64,000 nt of DNA, taken from Candidatus Poribacteria bacterium (GTDB taxonomy: Bacteria; Poribacteria; WGA-4E; PCPOR2b). Under the pieces are notes generated by a model that ran no database searches, was not told the origin of the DNA, and saw only the letters and a list, made by a program, of their open reading frames with translations. Shown here piece after piece: positions 40,648 to 50,768 of the stretch. The stretch lies in assembly GCA_965208325.1 (NCBI GenBank), contig OZ242326.1, positions 1,568,001 to 1,632,000 on the forward strand, given 5' to 3'. Both the position numbers and the translations under genes were made by a program. The stretch's first letter is position 1. Each line of letters begins with the position of its first letter.

Positions 40648-41463
40648 TTATGACCTGCATTCCTCGGCATGAATAACTTCCCCTACCAAAAACTTCCGGA
40701 CACATCCGTGTTCATCTCGTATCAGGAGCCCGCCATCTTGAGCGATTCCCTCATCTTTACCCTCAATAATCTTAAATGCCGTTTGAACCTTTACGCCTCG
40801 CCCAATCGTGGCTGAGAGCGTATTTGCACGCGCGATTAAAGATGCAACTTCGCCGTTTTTCAGGTGCAGATAGTATTCTTCCAGCCGATGCAAAACGGTT
40901 TGGATCAGTTCGACACGAGAGAATGCCGTTCCTGTTTCGATACGTAAGGACGTCGCGGAAGCCTGTAATTCCTGCGGAAATTCGGTAAGTATTGTGTTGA
41001 CATTGACGCCGAATCCCATGACCAGGAAGGGTTGCCGCTCCTGATCATACTCCAACTCTGTCAAGACGCCGCTCAATTTTTTTCCGCGGATGAGCACATC
41101 GTTGGGCCACCGAATCGCCGCGTCGAGATTTGTCAGTTTGCGAATTGCCGCGGCAATGGCGGTAGCACCGGCGATGCTGGGCAACCCTATTTGGTTCGCC
41201 AACAGCCGATGCCGTAGGATTAGCGATGCGAGGATACTTGAACCGGGCGGCGCGTGCCACCGCCTCCCGTGCCGTCCGCGGCCGGCGATTTGGCTTTCTG
41301 CCAAGATTAGCGTCCCATCCGGGGCGCCCTCAACCCCGTGTTTTCGAGCAAGATCATTTGTCGATTGAACTTCGCCGTAACTTTCAATCTCGCGCCCGAC
41401 GGTTTGGGTTCGGAGTCCCTCCTGGATTTCAGATGCCGTCATTTTCATCGCTGCTAAGGTCAT
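40648..41463 (-). CDS. birA: Biotin--[acetyl-CoA carboxylase] ligase (no HTH)
   Basis: STND, QIAGRGRHGRRW, RWPNDV, KLSGVL, GFGVNV. Confidence 0.9.
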   Translation of the reverse strand: MTLAAMKMTASEIQEGLRTQTVGREIESYGEVQSTNDLARKHGVEGAPDGTLILAESQIAGRGRHGRRWHAPPGSSILASLILRHRLLANQIGLPSIAGATAIAAAIRKLTNLDAAIRWPNDVLIRGKKLSGVLTELEYDQERQPFLVMGFGVNVNTILTEFPQELQASATSLRIETGTAFSRVELIQTVLHRLEEYYLHLKNGEVASLIARANTLSATIGRGVKVQTAFKIIEGKDEGIAQDGGLLIRDEHGCVRKFLVGEVIHAEECRS

Positions 41464-41549
41464 TTAGGTTCAAAATTTGCACAATGAGAAATCGACTCAT
41501 TGATAATCGAGGCTGGGAAGTTTCTCCCACAGACCAATGCGTTTCGGGG

Positions 41550-44405
41550 TTACGGTTTCGCGCCGAGTTGCCGTAAACGCTCTTCTGCGTCTTCTTTCCA
41601 TTGGGTAGGGGGATTTAACTTGAGAAATTTCTTCCATCGATCAATGGCTTGTTGCTTTTTGCCGTTGTATTCATACATCAACGCGAGATTGTAGTTAGCA
41701 CTGATGTCTTTGGGGGTTAACTGCAGCACGCGCTCAAACTGCTCCGCCGCGGAACCGAGTTGATTCAGATAATAGAGGGTATTCCCGTAGTTAAGAAGCG
41801 TCTCCGCATGGTCAGGCTCTAGCTCGAGTGCCTTCTCTAGAGTTTCTTTGGCGCGCCCCATATTCAGCCCAAACATACCGTAGAGATCGCCGAGACGTTG
41901 ATAGGAACGAACTGATTTCGGATTGACAGTGACCTCTGCCTCGTAATGTTGGATGGCTTCTTTAAATTTTTGTCCTTTCTCGGCAATCGATCCAAGCTGA
42001 AAGGATACGTCTTTATATGCCGGCTCGAGTTCGCGGGTTATTTGGAACACCTCTTTGGCTTTTTCAAATTGATCGAGGTCGAGGTAGGTCATACCGAGAA
42101 AGTAGTGGGCATCGACATGCTTCGGTTCGAGAGCGATGACCTTTTTGAAATCTTCCGCAATCTGGCTGCTGCGGTAAAGCGCGTCGCCAATCTGTTTGTA
42201 ATTGCGGGTAAGCACGCCGCGATGAAAGTAGGCGGGTGCATAATCTGATTTGAGTTCAATCGTTTTGCCGTACTCTTCAACCGCCATCGCGGCGTATTTG
42301 TCATAGTCCTCCAGCGTCCGGGCGTGGCGATCCAGCAGGCGGGCATAACGAAAATGCCAATCATATCGGCTGTCGCCGTGTTGGTTGGCAAGCCCAAAGT
42401 GCACGATTGCCTTTTCAACTTCCGAACGCTCTTCATAGATTGCGCCGAGATCGTATTGCGCCTGCGGATGGTTGGGTTCAATCGCCAATCCCAATTCATA
42501 GACGCGGACGACGTTATCCATTTCACCCCGTTGATGATAGATTGCCCCTAGCCGCATGAAAGTTTCGGCTCTGGATTCATCAAGCAAGATTGTTTTTTCG
42601 TACCGAGCGACAGCGTTGTCAATGTCGCCCATTTGCTCATACAACATGCCTGCCTGAAACTGTGCGCCAACGTGGTTCGAATCTAGGTGCACCGCCTGTA
42701 GGAATGCGTCGAGGGCGTCAGTAGGGCGATTCAACTGGATGTGCGACAAGCCCGAAATATAGTGCGCCTCGACGTTCGCCGAATCGATAGCAATTAGCTG
42801 CCGAAGCGGTTCGATCGCGCTTTGCGGGTCGTTCCGTTTCACGTAAATTTTCGCGGTTCGCATTAAGGCATCCTGATAATGCGGATCCAGTTGGATTACT
42901 TGGCCGTAACGATGAAGCGCTTTGTCCAGAAATTCTCCCGCCTCGTAGCTGCGCCCAAGAATGTAGGCGGCTTCGATGTGTTCCGGATATATGAGGAGGA
43001 ATTTGTTGAGCGGTTCGATAGCCTGATGATACCGTTCCTTGTCGTAAGCGGCTTTGCCCCGGTCGAAAAAATGCTGTTCCCGTTCCGGCGCTAATTCTAT
43101 TGCGCGTCGATATACCGCTGCCGCACGCTCATTGTTGCCGTGTTGATAGTAGAGATTTCCCAATGACTCATAGGCGTCGCGAAAATCGCCCCCCGGTAAT
43201 TTTGTCTTCAAGTGTGTTTGATCCGCCTCAATGAGTTCCACCGTTTTTTCGTAATGCCGGATAGCCGCCGACGGATTTCCAGCGTCAACTTCCATTTGGG
43301 CGTAATAGAAATATCCGCGCGGATCGGCTGGATTCAGCGCCACCGCTCTATCTAGCAGCGATTTCGCCGCATCGATTCCAATTTGATTTGTGTGATATTG
43401 CGCAAATTGCTGAATGAAGTAATCTTTGATTGCAGCATCGGCATCGAACGCATATTTATAGTGTTTCAGGGCAAGGCCGCGCTGATTATTGTCGTAGTAG
43501 ATATCGCCAAGTTGAAGGTGAGCCAACACGTAGCCTGGGTCAATTTCAATTGCGCGCCGGTATAAGTCAATCGCACCGTCTGGTTTGCCTTTTTGCTCAA
43601 AAATCTCGCCTAGTTCATACAAGACCTCCGCTGTGTAGGCTTGGTGCTTGGCGGCGCTCTCGTAGGTCTTGAGCGCCTCCTCGAAGCGATTTTCACTGGC
43701 GAGCACCTGCCCGAGTTTGTAATATGCAGGCGCAAATTTCTTGTCTCGACGAATGGTACCCTCAAGCGCCGTTCGTGCGGCGTTCAACTCGCCTCGTTTG
43801 AGATAGACTGCCGCCAGCCCGTAGTGGGCATAAACCCAGTTGGGATTGATTCCCAACGCCATCTGAAAGGATTTGAACGCATCATCGAATTTGTCTAGCT
43901 GAAGTTGAATTTCTCCCTGTTTATAGTAAGCGGGATAAAATTCGGAGTTCAAGCGGAGGCAGGTTTCTATCTCTCGCAGCGCATCATCATACCGCCCTGT
44001 TTGTTGGTAGACGCCGCTCAGGCTATAGTGCGCCATGGGTAAATTCGCTTGCAGGGAAATGGCGCGTTGAAACTGCGATTCGGCTTTTTCTAGCGCCTCG
44101 TCACCGCCGCCAATCGCGTAAGCATAACCCAATCCATAATGCACATCGGCATCCGCGCCGCCAGCGGTGACATCTGACTCGTACAAGCTGATGAGGTCTG
44201 TGAGACGCCCCTTTTCCCGCCATTTGTTGACTAAGCCGCGATGACGCTCCAACTTCTTATGGGCAGCGTTGAGTATCTCGGCGTAGTCTTTCTCCAATGC
44301 TTCGCGCCATTTCTCCGCGTTATCTCCGTACGCCGATAAAATCCATACGTTTACCCAGACGGATATTGCGAATATGCATATCGAAGTGAAACTAGATTTA
44401 CTCAT
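41550..44405 (-). CDS. Large TPR-repeat protein, signal peptide
   Basis: Serial ~34-aa TPR motifs throughout 951 aa. Confidence 0.9.
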   Translation of the reverse strand: MSKSSFTSICIFAISVWVNVWILSAYGDNAEKWREALEKDYAEILNAAHKKLERHRGLVNKWREKGRLTDLISLYESDVTAGGADADVHYGLGYAYAIGGGDEALEKAESQFQRAISLQANLPMAHYSLSGVYQQTGRYDDALREIETCLRLNSEFYPAYYKQGEIQLQLDKFDDAFKSFQMALGINPNWVYAHYGLAAVYLKRGELNAARTALEGTIRRDKKFAPAYYKLGQVLASENRFEEALKTYESAAKHQAYTAEVLYELGEIFEQKGKPDGAIDLYRRAIEIDPGYVLAHLQLGDIYYDNNQRGLALKHYKYAFDADAAIKDYFIQQFAQYHTNQIGIDAAKSLLDRAVALNPADPRGYFYYAQMEVDAGNPSAAIRHYEKTVELIEADQTHLKTKLPGGDFRDAYESLGNLYYQHGNNERAAAVYRRAIELAPEREQHFFDRGKAAYDKERYHQAIEPLNKFLLIYPEHIEAAYILGRSYEAGEFLDKALHRYGQVIQLDPHYQDALMRTAKIYVKRNDPQSAIEPLRQLIAIDSANVEAHYISGLSHIQLNRPTDALDAFLQAVHLDSNHVGAQFQAGMLYEQMGDIDNAVARYEKTILLDESRAETFMRLGAIYHQRGEMDNVVRVYELGLAIEPNHPQAQYDLGAIYEERSEVEKAIVHFGLANQHGDSRYDWHFRYARLLDRHARTLEDYDKYAAMAVEEYGKTIELKSDYAPAYFHRGVLTRNYKQIGDALYRSSQIAEDFKKVIALEPKHVDAHYFLGMTYLDLDQFEKAKEVFQITRELEPAYKDVSFQLGSIAEKGQKFKEAIQHYEAEVTVNPKSVRSYQRLGDLYGMFGLNMGRAKETLEKALELEPDHAETLLNYGNTLYYLNQLGSAAEQFERVLQLTPKDISANYNLALMYEYNGKKQQAIDRWKKFLKLNPPTQWKEDAEERLRQLGAKP

Positions 44406-44685
44406 ACCCCGCGCCTTCCTTATTGCGCGCTTTACACTGCGAAGTCCTTTTACATTGTGTATAAAGATACCATATTTGATTGGGGTTTGCCATGTTTGTT
44501 ATGCCGCCACTATACTGTTTTAGTGTAAGAACCAACCTGCTTGTATTAGTCTCCTCGGTAAAAGAGGTGCATCTTCCTCTTGACAGATTCAAGGGATAAA
44601 GTGTATCCTTGATTTAGATTTTCTTTGTACCGCTTTAAGTCAAAAACCACGGTTATTACCGGACGTTTACGAGGGGACATCATTT

Positions 44686-45663
44686 ATGAATTATTCGAAT
44701 AATTTGAGATTCTTGCGAATACTAATGGTGATTGCCGGAATACTCTTTGCGGCGAAGAGCGCACCAGCCGAAAAACGTCAATTTCTCAGTGTTGGGACTG
44801 CGCCGCCCGGTGGGGCGTTTTTCGTCGTGGGCAGCGCGATCGCGCTAGTTGTCAGCGAGAATCAGGCTGACCGCGGATGGATAGTTTCCGCGGAAGCAAC
44901 GAAGGGCACACAGGAGAATATCCGACGCTTGAGCAAGGGTGAGTTGGAGTTTGCCCTGGCCAACGCAGCCATCTCCTACTTTGCCGTTCGCGGCGAAGGT
45001 GCATGGAAACAGAAACACGCCGTTCAAACTGTAATGACGCTTGCGCCGAACGTTGCGCTATTCATTACGCCAAAACGCTCCGGAGTAAAACGAATCGCTG
45101 ATTTGAAAGGGAAGCGCGTGGTTGTCGGACCGGCAGGTGCGGGATTCGAGTATTTTCTGAAGCCTATTTTGGCGGCTCACGGCGTGGCGTACGAAGATTT
45201 CACACCGCTCCATAACACGCAGTCGGGCGCCGTCGATATGCTCGCAGACGGTTCCGCTGCCGCCGCGTTTCTGGGCGGAGCTGTGCCTACGGCATCAATT
45301 CTGCAGGCGTGCGCTTCGCAGGATATCCACTTCATTCCTTATGAAGAGTCGGCGAAACAGCGGCTGTTTGAAGACTACCCGTTCTTTAACGCCGCCACGA
45401 TTCCTGCGGCGACATACCGGAACCAAAACGAACCGTTCAAGGGCGTGAATGTTGGCGCGATGCACCTGATCGCCAGCACATCTGTAGATGAAGAAACGGT
45501 TTACGAATTCACCAAAATCCTTTACGAACACCAAGCGGACGTTGCTGAAATTCATCCTGCGGGCAAAGCGATTAACCCCAAAAACGTCGTTAAGCACACC
45601 GGTACACCGTTCCACCCCGGCGCAATTCGTTACTACAAGGATATCGGGATATGGCCGGAGTAG
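44686..45663 (+). CDS. TAXI-family TRAP solute receptor
   Basis: GTAPPGG, TKGTQEN, PFHPGAIRYY. Confidence 0.88.
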   Translation: MNYSNNLRFLRILMVIAGILFAAKSAPAEKRQFLSVGTAPPGGAFFVVGSAIALVVSENQADRGWIVSAEATKGTQENIRRLSKGELEFALANAAISYFAVRGEGAWKQKHAVQTVMTLAPNVALFITPKRSGVKRIADLKGKRVVVGPAGAGFEYFLKPILAAHGVAYEDFTPLHNTQSGAVDMLADGSAAAAFLGGAVPTASILQACASQDIHFIPYEESAKQRLFEDYPFFNAATIPAATYRNQNEPFKGVNVGAMHLIASTSVDEETVYEFTKILYEHQADVAEIHPAGKAINPKNVVKHTGTPFHPGAIRYYKDIGIWPE

Positions 45664-45725
45664 CATTATTCCGATATCAGCCCTAGCCGCATTAGACCGC
45701 ATAATAAAGTTACGTTCGTGAATAG

Positions 45726-47696
45726 ATGAACTTCCTCCAACCAATCCGCAACACTCTTTTCCCAATCCTCGCCGTGCTTCTCAGTCTGTTTATCTTGATT
45801 GAGGTCAATTTTCCTCACCTGTTACCGCAATCTCAGTTGGCAATCTTTGGGATGTTGGGATTAATCTTGGTCTTTCTAAAATATCCCCTGCACCGCAGAT
45901 TTGAAGGCCGGGCTGCGTTTCAGATTCTCGATTACATTTTTGTTATCGCCACCGTGGTCAGCTTCGGTTATATTCTGGTTCAGACCGAACCCATGTTTGA
46001 ACGGCTTTGGATTGACGACCAGCCGCTTGGGCAACGCGCAGGCTCGGAACGATTTGGAGATTACTTCATCGGGTTGATTGGCGTCCTATTGGTTTTGGAG
46101 GTGACACGGCGCGCTATCGGCCTGGCTTTGCCGATTCTTTCATTGATTTTTTTACTTTATGCGGGTTTTCGGTCGTCCATGCCCATTTGGCTATTTCCTC
46201 ACAAGGATCAGTCTTTAGAACGCATCATTAGCCACACTTTTTTGCAAAGCCAGGGTGTTTTTGGCATCGCCCTGAATGTCATGTTTAAGTATGTATTTCT
46301 CTTCGTTCTGTTCGGGACATTATTGGAAAAAACCGGGGCAACTGGATATATCATTGGCTTTGCTAAGCGTCTTTTTCGCTCAAGCTCGGGGGGCGCCGCC
46401 AAGATTGCGGTCCTCAGCAGTGGAATGATGGGGTCCCTGTCCGGCAGTGCCGTCGCCAATACAGCTACCACCGGCACCTTCACTATCCCGTTGATGAGAA
46501 GCGTCGGTTTCAAACCTGATATCGCGGGCGGCGTAGAAGCGGCTGCCAGTTCAGGCGGCGCATTGGTTCCGCCCATTATGGGTGCGGGAGCTTACATGAT
46601 GCTTGAGATTGTTCAACCGTCGGTTACCTATCTTGAAATCATCAAATCGGCGCTGATTCCTGCCGTTCTCTATTACACGGCGCTCTTGTTGATTGTTCAC
46701 TTTTACGCCGGACGTGCCAATTCAAGCACAGATGCCGGCACAACATCAGGAGCGAATGCCGAAGTTTCAGATTTGCCCGCGGGAGCGTCGGCACGCGCCG
46801 CACCGATTCAGGGGTTCATTTTTTTGAGCGCATTTGCCTCGCTCATAGTCTTTTTGATTATCGGGTACACGCCTTTCCGGTCAGTCAGCTTAAGTTTGCT
46901 CCTAGTTTTGGTTCTGAGTGCGTTTAATAAACAAACTCGGGTCGACATCAAGGGGATTGCTGCAGCTATGGAAAAGGCTGCCCATGGCGGCGTTTCGCTG
47001 GTTGCGGCGGCGTCGTGTGTGGGGCTGATCCTCGGCGTTGTGACGCTGACAGACATCGGCAGGAATCTGGCGGGCGTCCTTTTGCCGCTTGCCGAAAACA
47101 ACCTAATCCTCGCATTGATGCTTTTGATGGTCTCGACCATCATCCTGGGGATGGGGCTGCCTTCGTCGGTGTGTTATCTGCTGATGGCAACCTTGGTCGG
47201 TCCAATTCTGCGGGATTTGGGACTCGTACCGCTCGCCGCACATCTGTTCATCTTTTATTTCGGCATGATGTCCATGGTGACACCGCCGGTGGCGTTAGCA
47301 GCTTATACGGCGGCTGCAATCGCGGACGCGGGTATCATGAAAACGGCATTTGCCGCTTTCCGTTTCGCACTTGTGGGATTTGCCCTACCCTACGCGTTCG
47401 TTCTGCGTCCGGAATTGTTGCTCTTATCTCCAGATGGAGGCTCGGCGGGGTTCTTCGCTATCGCGGGCGGCGTCCTAATCACCGCTATTGGCATCGTTCC
47501 GTTGGCGGCGAGTGTTTCCGGCTATTGGTTCGGACCGCTTAATTTATGGCAGCGCGGCGTATTGCTTGGCGCCGCAATCACCTTCTTTTTTGCCCCCTCG
47601 GCGGGTACACAGATTTGGACGCAAGCGATGGCAATCATCGCCGTGGGGGCTGTCGGTAATATTAATCGGCGTGCCGCACTTTCGAGAGGTGTTTAA
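45726..47696 (+). CDS. TRAP transporter fused permease (DctQM, TAXI type)
   Basis: SGSAVAN, EAAASSGG..PPIMGAGA, TPPVALAAY. Confidence 0.9.
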   Translation: MNFLQPIRNTLFPILAVLLSLFILIEVNFPHLLPQSQLAIFGMLGLILVFLKYPLHRRFEGRAAFQILDYIFVIATVVSFGYILVQTEPMFERLWIDDQPLGQRAGSERFGDYFIGLIGVLLVLEVTRRAIGLALPILSLIFLLYAGFRSSMPIWLFPHKDQSLERIISHTFLQSQGVFGIALNVMFKYVFLFVLFGTLLEKTGATGYIIGFAKRLFRSSSGGAAKIAVLSSGMMGSLSGSAVANTATTGTFTIPLMRSVGFKPDIAGGVEAAASSGGALVPPIMGAGAYMMLEIVQPSVTYLEIIKSALIPAVLYYTALLLIVHFYAGRANSSTDAGTTSGANAEVSDLPAGASARAAPIQGFIFLSAFASLIVFLIIGYTPFRSVSLSLLLVLVLSAFNKQTRVDIKGIAAAMEKAAHGGVSLVAAASCVGLILGVVTLTDIGRNLAGVLLPLAENNLILALMLLMVSTIILGMGLPSSVCYLLMATLVGPILRDLGLVPLAAHLFIFYFGMMSMVTPPVALAAYTAAAIADAGIMKTAFAAFRFALVGFALPYAFVLRPELLLLSPDGGSAGFFAIAGGVLITAIGIVPLAASVSGYWFGPLNLWQRGVLLGAAITFFFAPSAGTQIWTQAMAIIAVGAVGNINRRAALSRGV

Positions 47697-47775
47697 TGAT
47701 TCGGAGTGGTAACTTCACTCAGCAGAAATCCAATCACACGCGTCGATACCTGATAATCGGTGTTCAACCGCCACT

Positions 47776-49068
47776 ATGAAAATTGCTTATATTGCTGCTG
47801 GTGCTGCAGGTATGTATTGCGGCACCTGCATCCATGATAATACGCTTGCCGCAGCTTTGCAAGAGAAGGGGCACGAGGTTGCCCTCATTCCTACCTATAC
47901 TCCAATTCGGACCGATGAGGTCGATGTCAGCATAGATCGCATCTTTTTCGGCGGGATCAATGTGTATCTTCAACAGAAGTTAGCGCTATTCCGCCATACC
48001 CCTTGGTTGTTCGATCGATTATTCGATGCGCCTACACTGTTGAACGGGTTATCTCGTTTTAGCGCCTCGACCAATGCTAAGGATTTGGGTGAACTCACCG
48101 TGTCTGTGCTTCAGGGAGAGGATGGGCGGCAGAAAAAGGAACTGGCGAAACTCGTCAAATGGCTGCAGGATTCCTATCGGCCGGATATTGTCCAGCTTAC
48201 CAATTCAATGTTTGTGGGGTTTGCTAAGGAGATAAAGAGGGAGATGGATGTACCTGTCGTTTGCGCATTTCAAGGGGAGGATATTTTTCTGGAAGCACTT
48301 ATCGAACCGTACAAATCTCATGCGCTAGATTTGCTTCGGGCGCGGGCGTCTGACGTCGATGCGTTCATTGCGCCCTGCCGATACTATGCCGAATTTATGG
48401 CAAGATTTCTGGACATCCCTATCGAGCGGATAAACGTCGTGAAGTTGGGATTGAACCTTGATGGGCACGGCGTGAATCAAGGGGAGCCAATCGGCGATAC
48501 GCCTTTTGTTATCGGTTACTTAGCCCGTATTTGCCCGGAAAAAGGGTTGCATCTGCTAGTGGATGCCTTTCACCAGCTCACACAGCAAGTGGGCGCGAAC
48601 CAGATTCGGCTGAAGGCCGCCGGTTACCTGAACAAGAGAGATGAGGCTTATTTTAAAGAGATTGTTAAGCAAATTGAAGTGTGGGGATTGACCGATTCAT
48701 TCGAATATTGGGGCGAGATTGACCGCACACAAAAGATTCAGTTTCTCAACGGCCTTCACGTATTGTCTGTACCGACAACCTACAGGGAATCTAAAGGGCT
48801 TTACGTCTTGGAAGCACTCGCCAACGGCGTCCCGGTCGTTCAGCCGCGGCACGGCGCCTTCCCCGAATTGATAGCGGAGACCGGCGGCGGCATACTGGTG
48901 GACGCCCATTCTCCTGACGCAATCGCTACTGGTATTCATCAATTGATGACAAACAAAACCCATCGGCGTGAATTGGGATCCGCGGGAAAAGAAACTGTAC
49001 ATAGAGCGTACAGCGATGATGCTATGGCAAATGCAATTCTAGAGGTATATAGCGTCATCCTGCGGTAA
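47776..49068 (+). CDS. Glycosyltransferase family 4
   Basis: ARICPEKG, ESKGLYVLEALANGVPVV. Confidence 0.85.
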   Translation: MKIAYIAAGAAGMYCGTCIHDNTLAAALQEKGHEVALIPTYTPIRTDEVDVSIDRIFFGGINVYLQQKLALFRHTPWLFDRLFDAPTLLNGLSRFSASTNAKDLGELTVSVLQGEDGRQKKELAKLVKWLQDSYRPDIVQLTNSMFVGFAKEIKREMDVPVVCAFQGEDIFLEALIEPYKSHALDLLRARASDVDAFIAPCRYYAEFMARFLDIPIERINVVKLGLNLDGHGVNQGEPIGDTPFVIGYLARICPEKGLHLLVDAFHQLTQQVGANQIRLKAAGYLNKRDEAYFKEIVKQIEVWGLTDSFEYWGEIDRTQKIQFLNGLHVLSVPTTYRESKGLYVLEALANGVPVVQPRHGAFPELIAETGGGILVDAHSPDAIATGIHQLMTNKTHRRELGSAGKETVHRAYSDDAMANAILEVYSVILR

Positions 49069-49225
49069 CTCAACTGTGACGAGGAAGGTGGAAGCGTTCA
49101 GGGTAATGAGACAGGGAATAGAAGTTGGATGCACGTAAATTGGAGGATTGGTGAAACCTTAGAAATAACGTGAGACGCTTGACACCTTCTCATGCCACTC
49201 TTCCATTTTCTTTCGCCGTTTATCA

Positions 49226-50536
49226 TCAATTTTTACGTTTTTCCCGCATTGCCGCTTGTGCGATTGCGTGAAAGACTTCATCAATCTCTGATATTTCGAT
49301 ACAAGAAAACGCTACGCGCAGATCCGATTCCCCAATCGAAATTACACCGATGCCGTAGTCGTCGAGAAGTCGTTGGCGCACAGTCTCCGCTTTCGCAAAC
49401 TTCAGGCGTAAACACATGAAATATCCTGCGTTGAATGGATAAACATCCCAAAGATGTGCGTACTGCTTGTGAGCAGCTACCGTTCTCACTCTCAAAGCTC
49501 GATTTTTCAATATCTCATACTTCTGATTTTTCTCAAGAGTGTATTGCGGAGAATCCATCGCTTCCAAAATCAGAGTTTGAGAGAGTTGAGATGCCCCTGA
49601 CGTATTTGCACGAATCAACGCGGTCACTTTTTCCTCCAGCCATTTCATCAACTCCCCATCCAGACCAAATGTAAGAAACCCTATCCGCAGCCCCCATGCA
49701 TACTCCTCTTTGGTTGCGCCGTCAATTTTGACCGGTAGGACGTTCGGATGGGTATCCACCAGCCAGCCGAAGATCGACTCCCGCAGGGCGCTGTCATCGT
49801 ACCATAGTCCAAAGTAGGCATCATCGACAACCACAAGTAAGCGGCAGCCCGATGCTGCAACTTGATTAATGGCTTGTGTCATCTCTGCGGCTTCTTCCGC
49901 CGTAATTGCGTAGCCGGTGGGATTGTGCGGGAAGTTTAGAAGCACAATTAGCTTGTCGGTAGTTCGGCTAATTTCAAAAAGCGCGTCGCGAAAACCTGTC
50001 GTGTTAAATTGTCTAACCGTATTATAGAAGGGATAGGTCTGAATGTTTGCCCTGCACTTCGTTTGGAAAATCAGCCGGTAATTTCCCCAGATTTTGTCCG
50101 GCATAACAAGTGTATCATCCGAATTAACGAAGAGATCGCCAATTAAACTGAAACCGTGCGTCAGTCCACACGTAACAATGGGTAGACTAAACCCCTTGCC
50201 CTTGAGCGATGGGTTCTCAACTTCCAATCTGGCTTTCCATCGCAACCGCAACCCCATTTGCCCAAGCGCCGGTGCATACCCGTAGACGCGGCTCGGATCG
50301 ATTTCCGGTACAAATTGATGTGAACTCGGGAGATGCATAACCTCCCCGTTTTCAAGCGCGATCGCCCGCGACGCATTGAATCGGTTTGCGCGTTGGGCTG
50401 CTTCAGCACTCTGGCTCAAAATACCCTTCGGAAGGTAAATTCGCGTTCCGAGTGATGAGAGCAAATCAGCGGCAATTGGGGTCGCCAATCGAATTTTTTC
50501 ATTCAGTTCAACAGCAAAACGGGTTAACGTTTCCAT
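49226..50536 (-). CDS. PLP-dependent aminotransferase class I/II
   Basis: NFPHNPTG, VDDAY, DGATKE (PLP Lys), GLRIG; start at METLTR inferred. Confidence 0.85.
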   Translation of the reverse strand: METLTRFAVELNEKIRLATPIAADLLSSLGTRIYLPKGILSQSAEAAQRANRFNASRAIALENGEVMHLPSSHQFVPEIDPSRVYGYAPALGQMGLRLRWKARLEVENPSLKGKGFSLPIVTCGLTHGFSLIGDLFVNSDDTLVMPDKIWGNYRLIFQTKCRANIQTYPFYNTVRQFNTTGFRDALFEISRTTDKLIVLLNFPHNPTGYAITAEEAAEMTQAINQVAASGCRLLVVVDDAYFGLWYDDSALRESIFGWLVDTHPNVLPVKIDGATKEEYAWGLRIGFLTFGLDGELMKWLEEKVTALIRANTSGASQLSQTLILEAMDSPQYTLEKNQKYEILKNRALRVRTVAAHKQYAHLWDVYPFNAGYFMCLRLKFAKAETVRQRLLDDYGIGVISIGESDLRVAFSCIEISEIDEVFHAIAQAAMREKRKN

Positions 50537-50768
50537 CTTTATCTTTTCCGTGGGATTGTGTCGGCGGCTTTCTTGTATACACCTTCTTCTTGATAGTAAT
50601 TGAAACCGAATCATTTGTAAAGTGTAAATTGCCAATCGCAACAACCCATTAGAATTAAGGCATGATTAACTGCCCTAACTTTCACGCGATCCACAATAGA
50701 TGCGTACGGCGAGGTCATCAGCAACATGTGCGGAATACTATACATGCTGCAGGAGGTCTAAATCGGGA